From positions 44,764,001-44,828,000 of the forward strand of contig OZ024752.1 in assembly GCA_964016885.1 (NCBI GenBank): a stretch of DNA of 64,000 bases, read 5' to 3'. The first letter of the stretch is position 1. Every line of letters begins with the position of its first letter. A program made the translations under genes and the position numbers. The notes beneath the pieces were generated by a model that searched no databases, was not told the origin of the DNA, and worked only from the letters and a program-made list of their open reading frames with translations. The DNA is from Eledone cirrhosa. Its lineage: Eukaryota. Of the stretch, positions 55,921 through 64,000 are shown in pieces.

Positions 55921-56187
55921 ACTAGCATGTTATGCCCTAACAATAGAGCCTGTCAATGCCAGGCACACCTTTCACCACTGTAAATAAAGACGCCCCTCTC
56001 TCCTCAAATAGCCCCAGAACTCTGCTATTTTAGGGGTGATCAAGATTTAAACTATATGTTGTCATGCTACGAGAGCTAAATAACCTATGTATCAAATTTG
56101 AACAAAATATGATGGAAAATGTGGAAATACATCGCCTGTACACAGACAGACAGACAGACGGACATTTTCGTTTTTATATATATAGAT
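55921..56187 (+). mobile_element. Helentron-associated (HINE/DINE-1-like) non-autonomous element
   Basis: Begins ACTAG, contains ATGTATCAAATTTGAACAAAAT and (CAGA)n, ends TTTTATATATATAGAT. This layout is typical of HINEs. Confidence 0.6.
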
Positions 56188-56731
56188 TATAATAAATGAT
56201 AATACAAGCGACTAGCTGTTTGTATAAGCTGCCACACTAACTTAACGACAGTGATAAGAATTTAAAGAATTCTAGAAACTATACAAGTTTAACATGGCCA
56301 ACACTACCATCAACCTGGTTTATTTTTGTTATATATTATCAATTTAGATATTATATTTATGAAGATTAGATAACGTGGATATATTATTACATATGTATCT
56401 AGTATTCAGAAACACACCATCATACACGGAACTATAGAATAATTATTGGTGTGTGTTAATTATTAAAGAATGGTGATCTCTCTCTCTCACTATATATATA
56501 TACACACACACACACACATATATATATACATACACACACATATATATATATATACACACACATATATATATATACACATATATATATATATACACATATA
56601 TATATATATACACATATATATATATATACACATATATATATATATACACACATATATATATATACACACACATATATATATACATACACATATATATATA
56701 TATATACACACATATATATATATATACACAC

Positions 56732-56762
<31 letters not shown>

Positions 56763-56915
56763 TATATATATACACACACATATATATACACACATATATA
56801 TATATATACACACACATATATATATACACACACACACATATATATATACACACACACACATATATATATACACACACATATATATATATACACACACATA
56901 TATATATATATATAT

Positions 56916-57015
56916 ATAGGAACGAGTAGGACCCCGACGGCTGAGCTCAAGCCGTTTCGAGTCGAAACGGTCGAAACGGCTTGAGCTCAGCCGTCGGGGT
57001 CCTACTCGTTCCTAT
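56916..57015. repeat. Perfect 45-bp inverted repeat containing the 3' half of a hammerhead (GAAA-helix III-GUC)
   Basis: Arms 56916-56960 and 56971-57015 are exact reverse complements with a 10-nt spacer. GC-rich island inside (TA)n. Confidence 0.9.
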
Positions 57016-57091
57016 CACCCACTCTACTACCCTAAGTATTGAGTACTTTGGTGCGTTATGGTCCACCTGGTTCCTTACCACATTTCCTTCG

Positions 57092-57134
<43 letters not shown>

Positions 57135-57609
57135 GATAAATCTACCAAGAGTTTACGGTAGTGTCCAATCCGTATGAAGAACTCAATGTAATCCGGATAT
57201 CATGGAAAGAAGAGATGCAATGAAAAATCACTTTCGGTGAAAGATAAACGGAATACAGAGTCAAGATAAAATATTAAAAAAATAATGAATAAAACAATGA
57301 AACAGTTCCTTATATTAAACAAAAAAAGTTCATTATTTAACGATCGTTATATATATATACATCGTATTCTATCCTGTTCAAGATTGTAATACTTTCTATT
57401 ATATGTTTATGTATTCATTTTGCTATCCTTGTCGAAAAGTTGTTTATTTCTACGTTACATTGTCTCGCGTGCATCTTTCCGGCGGTTTGTTCAAGTCATC
57501 GTGTCACCCCTGTCTAATATCATACAATCTCACCATTATGTACGAAACTGCATTACCCAGGTGCTGGCCAACGAGGAAGATAGATGTTTTTGCTCGATCA
57601 TCACATGTT

Positions 57610-57672
<63 letters not shown>

Positions 57673-57848
57673 TTCTAGATTTCTTCGTTTGTTTTCAACC
57701 GATCTGACATGCTGGCAATCGCCCTTTTCCCCTCCCCAGAAAATGAAATAAAGGCGAGGAGTCGGATGTCAGGGCGGTCGAAAACAAACGAAAGACAGAG
57801 AAAAGAAAACAAAATTCACACCGAAGAAGACTCCGAGGGTGGGAATAA

Positions 57849-58196
57849 ATATATATATATATAACGATGATGATGATATATATATATATAACGATGATGA
57901 TGATATATATATATATAACGATGATGATATATATATATATAACGATGATGATGATATATATATATATAACGATGATGATGATATATATATATATAACGAT
58001 GATGATGATATATATATATATAACGATGATGATGATATATATATATAACGATGATGATGATATATATATATAACGATGATGATGATATATATATATAACG
58101 ATGATGATATATATATATATATATAACGATGATGATGATATATATACATATAACGATGATGATGATATATATACATATAACGATGATGATATATAT

Positions 58197-58252
<56 letters not shown>

Positions 58253-58257
58253 CGATG

Positions 58258-58260
<3 letters not shown>
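57849..58260. repeat. Compound microsatellite [(TA)n-AC-(GAT)n]m
   Basis: Direct reading. Confidence 0.9.
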
Positions 58261-58295
<35 letters not shown>

Positions 58296-58379
58296 GATGT
58301 CCCCAAAAAATGTATATACAGTTTGATTATCTGTACAGGCAATATTTATTAGAATGCTGTTGAAGTGTGTATATATATA

Positions 58380-58410
<31 letters not shown>

Positions 58411-58411
58411 C

Positions 58412-58456
<45 letters not shown>

Positions 58457-58721
58457 ATGTATCCACACACTGACAAGCGAGACTGTGTTTCCTCGAGATA
58501 AGAATTAAGACTGCCTGTCGACAACTTAAAAAAAGACTTTAGAGAAAGTTGGGTATTATATAAAAACTAAGAAGCTATAGAAACATATATTATATTTCTA
58601 GTGTAGCAAACTATTTCAGATGAAGAATTTGGGAATTTTTCACAGGAAATCTTGGTTGGCATTGAGAAACTAACAGGAAGTCTGGGGAAAACAAACGACA
58701 ACAGAATTCCATGTTGAGTTT

Positions 58722-59190
58722 CAGCGAGACACAAGGCCGACCTTGTATTTATTCCAGACATGTGTATCCTTTAACGTAAACCTCAGGGAGACTCAGTGAC
58801 ACGGCGAGACACAAGGCTGACCTTATATTTATTCCAGACATGTGTATCCTTTAACGTAAACCTCAGGGAGACTCAGTGACACGGCGAGACACAAGGCTGA
58901 CCTTATATTTATTCCAGACATGTGTATCCTTTAACGTAAACCTCAGGGAGACTCAGTGACACAAGGCTGACCTTGTATTCATTCCACAGACGTGTATCCT
59001 TTAACGTAAACCTCAGGGAGACTCAGTGACATAACGAGACACAAGGCTGACCTTGTAGTCCACAGTCACATGTACTCATTAACGTAAACCTCAGGGAGAC
59101 TCAGTGACACAGTATGTTACAAGGCCGACCTTGTATTTATTCCAGGCATGTGTATCCTTTAACGTAAACCTCAGGGAGACTCAATGACAA
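58722..59190. repeat. About 6 x 80-bp tandem repeat derived from a SINE 3' body
   Basis: TTAACGTAAACCTCAGGGAGACTCA at 58771, 58851, 58931, 59001, 59079 and 59159. Homologous to the reverse complement of ~13860-13920 and to 59975-60170. Confidence 0.85.
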
Positions 59191-61049
59191 CTCTTTGAAT
59201 TGCAGTTTAAAAGGCTTAGTATTCCACAGACATATATAACCATAACACAATTCTTAGATGGATTCAACGTGAAAAAGTTGACCCTTCGAGGGGCTGGGTA
59301 TTCCACAAACAGTGCAGGATTTACCAGTGTGCTTAGGTGTGCATAAGCACAGGACCTCATCTGCCTACCTACCAAAATATTTTTTTACAATGAGTTTTTC
59401 AAATGTTTGGGCCCTCATAACTACCACAGGGCCTCATTTGACCTAAACCCTACACTGTCCACAGACATGTATAACCTTAACATAATTCTAAGGGAGATTT
59501 AGTGTGGGTCAGAATATTCTATTAATACATATATCCTTAACCCGTTCGTTACAATATTTCTAACGAAATACGCGATTTTAATTAATTAAGAATTTTGATA
59601 AATTTACAAAATTATTATTTCATTACAAAGATAGTAAATTAAAAGGTTCTTGTATAAAATTAAGTTGGAAGATTTTAATTAAAATAGGAACCCTTTAAAA
59701 CGGGTGATTTTAATTCTTCATAGAACCAGAACCGGTTTTTTGTCAGGTTGGTATGAAAATGGTTAACATATTTCTCGAGATATTCTGTGAGACAGTGTGT
59801 AAAAGGTGACCCTTTGAATTAGTTAGATTCTATCGTAAACCTCATTTACTAACATTCAGTGTGATAAGGTTAAACCTTTGAGTGGCCGAGCATTTCAGAG
59901 ACGCGAACTCTAGAAGACTGATCAATGGAATTATATGTAGTCTGTCATGTAGTAAAGGGGCTGATTATTTTACAGACACGTGTTGTACCCATAACGTTAT
60001 TCTCAGGGAGATTCAATGTGACACAGTGTGATATAGCTAGCTGTTTAAATTACGGGTACATTTCATCTGGTACTGTCTATGTGGCTGAGTATTCCACGGA
60101 CGTGTGTACCCTTTACATAATTCTCAGGGAGATTCCGCATGACAGTGTATAACAAGAGTGGTCCTCTGAATTACAGATAAAGTCCTTCTGACAGGCTTCC
60201 AAACAGTTTCAGTCAACCCAATTTAAATCACAAAGTATGGGTCAACCCGAGGTTTTTGGTAAATGACATTTGCCCAAAATGTCTGGCAGTAGGATCGAAA
60301 CCGGTACCAAATATTGCGAGGCGAGGTTCATAAGCATTGGGTCATATTGCCTGAACAAGGTCCATTCTAGTGTAGTAAATACTAATTTTACGGGAAGAAT
60401 TTGGCGATTTTTAACAGAAATGTTGGTTGGCATCGAGAGACTAACCAACCGGAAGTTAGGATCTAATGACAGAATTCCATGATGACCCCCCCCCCTCCTC
60501 ACACTTGTCACGAAATAATTATAATGGTTTAACGAATTTATATATCTAACAGCTAAATTATCCATTAATCGGCATAATAATTTTCGTTATTTAATAGTGA
60601 TCTGTCAGAATATTGGCCAAAAAACTTTAGTTTTTGACGCTAAATCGTCGAATCTATAAACACTGACACGTGTGCCAGATGTGAGAGAGAGAGAGGAGGA
60701 AATGGTAAGGAGTGTTACACAAATGTTTGATAAAATAAATAGTTTTTTTAGTTTTTATTTAAAAAATAAATAAATAGAATTAAACAAACTGATATAACAA
60801 TGATATAACTCAATAAGTAAATGTCAATCTGATAATTAAAAAAAAAAAAATGCTGAAATCGTAAAAGAAATGAATAAAAGATAAGACCAAATTATGCCGC
60901 AATTGCGATGCCATGAGAGAGAAAAACGATGACAGAAATAAAATTAGAATTTGGTAAAAAAAAAGAAGCCTTTTAAAAGAAGATAAACTGCAAATCAGGG
61001 TTGGCAAAGTTAAATAATAAAGAAGAAAGAAATGGTATATTTATATATA

Positions 61050-61127
61050 CACGGCGTCCCCATAAAATGTATACACATATTTATTAGAATACTGTTGAAG
61101 TGTGTATACGTTTTTTAGGACACCCTG
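61050..61127. mobile_element. Tiny Tc1/mariner-like MITE with TA flanks
   Basis: TA-CACGGCGTCCCCATAAAATGTATACAC...GTGTATACGTTTTTTAGGACACCCTG-TA. A longer sister copy at 58293-58417 shares the internal ATATTTATTAGAAT(A/G)CTGTTGAAGTGTGTATA. Confidence 0.7.
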
Positions 61128-61445
61128 TATACATATATATATACATTATATATATACATTATATATATATACATTATATATATATATATACATTATATAT
61201 ATATATATACATTATATATATATATATACATATATATATGTGTGTATATGTATAAATGTATGTATCAAACGATTGAAAGAATTCTAGTCTTGTAGACTTA
61301 ATTTCTATGAAATAAATATGTATCTTTGCTAATGTATTGAGTACCTTATTTATTCCCGATCCCCTTCGGAGAAAACCATTTTTAATTATATATATATATA
61401 TAATATATATATTTCGATGTTTCGGCGTTGATGCTTCTTCAGTCG

Positions 61446-61476
<31 letters not shown>

Positions 61477-61905
61477 CGTTCGAAGAATTTAATTCGGGTA
61501 TAATCCGTTATATTGTAAACGTAATAATTTAATAATTATTAGTTTAAGAAAACTAAAACTATTCCAACTAAACACGAATATTATTCCTGGTTTTAACATA
61601 AATCGACAGAAAAAAAAAAAAATGTGAGCTTCGTTCCACCTGTCCAGCAAGTGACCACGTTGAGAGAATGTCTGTTGTAGAAGATGTAGAGATTCTGGTG
61701 ATGCAGAGAAATTTCGGAGAGGGCAGTAGGAGTTAAAGATGTGTTAAAGGAGAAATAAATGTTGCTATAAAATAATAATTGAGGAAGAGAATGGCCATTT
61801 GACAGGGCCTAGAAGGCGGACGGATGAGAAAATCTGTTAAATTAAGCCACTTGCTTTGTGCAAAGTGGTAATAGATTGTCATTTTATGTTAGTCTTAAAA
61901 CTTAC

Positions 61906-62400
61906 CTTCCCTGTAGCTTCTCTCCACGTCTAGTCATATTTTGTCCTAAATTCCACGGGTTTTTGTTTATGGGTTAAATTGTAGATCTTTAGGTTTAAAA
62001 AGTGTATCGATAAGTTAATAAGTTATTGATACTAATAGTAGCTCTAATAATTATAATAATGGTTAATAATTAATAATAAAAAAAACAACATTTAGCAGTA
62101 AACTAGAAATGATAGGTCATGCAGATTGAGAGAATTACTGGTGAACGAAGTTTCGAAGTAATTTTCAAAACCAACTCCGAAGCATGAAATTGTTATATAA
62201 AGTTATAAAACGAAAATAAACTAAGAAAAGAGACTAAGATAGAAAACTGATCGTATATTGTGTATGTTTGCTATTGTTGTATATAGTGAAATAATAATAA
62301 AAAAGTAACAGTAAGTAGAGACATTCGCTGTAATATAGAGTCTAGTTGGTATGGAAGTGGTGTTTTTGAAGATACAACAACCACAGCAGTAATATAATTG
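61906..62400 (-). other. Candidate non-coding first exon (5' boundary unknown)
   Basis: Consensus donor GGAAG|GTAAGT at 61906/61905 in non-repetitive, visibly CpG-richer sequence. The link to the 28021 acceptor is inference only. Confidence 0.35.
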
Positions 62401-63186
62401 TTTCAACTTTTGGCACAAGGCCAGCAATTATACCCAGTGCATTAGTGGTACTTTATTTTATCGACCCCGTAAGGATGAGTAGTAATATAATGTTAGTTAA
62501 TAATTGTGATGGAGACGACGGAGGGGGGTAGTGTGCTTTAATAACATCCGTAAGCTAATTAAACCACAATTAATGAGGACTCCCTACCAGTTACCAGAGA
62601 CGATGAATAACAAGAAATATGATGTGGAAGGTACGATCAGACAATTGTGAAGAATAACTTATATATATATATATAGTAATAATAATTACGAAGACCAAAA
62701 TCCGAAGAGGGCTCGATATTAGAAGATCCCGTTATAAAGTGAAAGCGATTCTTTTCTTAAACTTTAATCTGTGCTACTAATATATATAATATATATATAT
62801 ATATGTGTGTGTGAATGGGATTAAGATTAAACTGTTAGGGAAAGGAATCTGGCCTTTCCAACACCTCCCTCCAACCTTATTAAGCCATAATTCAGGAGAC
62901 CAAACGACGACCACAGATACAAGATGTACAGCAACGTGGTGAGGAATGAATAAAATCAGGTAATTTTAAAGAATAAATAATAGGTGAAATAAATATAAAT
63001 ATGAGTAAAAAAGACAATCTGTGTTAATAAAAAAGGATCGGAAAGGAAACTAACCGTTAGCGATGTCGTCGAAAGTGGTGGAATAAAGAGAGACGTCTGT
63101 TTGGTTAAGGAGCCATTTGTCAATGAAACCTGATTAAAGAAGACGACCACAAGACAGCTGGTCGCACTAACCTGATCACAGTAGTG

Positions 63187-63227
<41 letters not shown>

Positions 63228-63674
63228 TTGTATATATGAAGAGTCAACTAACTGCTATAAGCTGTGAATGTATATAATTTGTCGATTAGTTTATCAAGAG
63301 CGAGGCATTATTATACTGACCGTGATTGATGTGGTGTCTTCTCTTCTAATGTAAAATCCTCTGCTCCACGTTGTGACTAGACTCTATTAGACTTCTGTTG
63401 CTATTGTTTTATTGTTAGTCGCTATACAAGTTTATTGTTCCTTTCTTTTAGATTTCATCTAATTCAGCCGACTGCAACCACACACACACACACACACACA
63501 AAGGCAGGGATATATATTTATTATATATATATATATAATATGTATATTATATATATATATATATATATATAATAGCTACGGTGAAGAATACAACATCTGG
63601 AGAGTGTGTGTGTGTGAAACAGTTTCTAGTCACACAACTACCATGTGGTAGAGAGAGATACTTTAGTAATGACT

Positions 63675-64000
63675 GAGGGAGAGAGAGGCTGGGAGACTGT
63701 AGTAGTGACAGAGAGAGAGGGGCTGGGAGACTGTAGTAGTGACAGAGAGAGAGGGGTTGGGAGACTGTAGTAGTGACAGAGAGAGAGGGGCTGGGAGACT
63801 GTAGTAGTGATTGAGAGAGGCTGGGAGACTGTAGTAGTGACAGAGAGAGAGAGAGGGGCTGGGAGACTGTAGTAGTGACAGAGAGAGAGAGGGGCTGGGA
63901 GATTGTAGTAGTGACTGAGAGAGGCTGGGAGACTTTAGTAGTGACTGAGAGAGAGGGGCTGGAAGACTGTAGTAGTGACTGAGAGAGAGAGGGGCTGGGA
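63675..64000. repeat. About 30-36 bp minisatellite (GGCTGGGAGACTGTAGTAGTGAC(AG)n), truncated by the window end
   Basis: About 10 units. Confidence 0.92.

Noticed and set aside
62700-62756. CCGAAGA...GAAA hammerhead-like spacing
   Set aside because: Core mismatch (CCGA) and helices I and II do not form properly.

Overview
AT-rich, microsatellite-dense metazoan genomic DNA. The SINE and RTE-tail repertoire resembles what I recall from octopod cephalopods (inference). One protein-coding gene is supported, on the minus strand, with three coding exons (27886-26857, 4564-4403, 3798-2861) joined by phase-1 GT-AG introns of 22.3 kb and 0.6 kb. It encodes about 709 aa: a two-TM membrane protein with three PPxY motifs, dileucine-type sorting signals and a C-terminal ETCL PDZ-type ligand. 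A non-coding first exon may end at 61906, which would make most of the window intronic. The rest is repeats: about 15 copies of a TTAA/piggyBac-type MITE (some self-nested), a second TTAA MITE, several tRNA-derived SINE families, RTE LINE remnants, a Helentron-like element, a tiny Tc1/mariner-like MITE and many minisatellites, several derived from TE interiors. The most unusual signal is a set of short islands next to (TA)n tracts carrying hammerhead-ribozyme motifs: one intact minimal type I hammerhead (53213-53267) and fold-back or partial ones (56916-57015, 28328-28412, 61411-61447), consistent with Penelope-like/retrozyme remnants. Most ORF-track entries are microsatellite artefacts.
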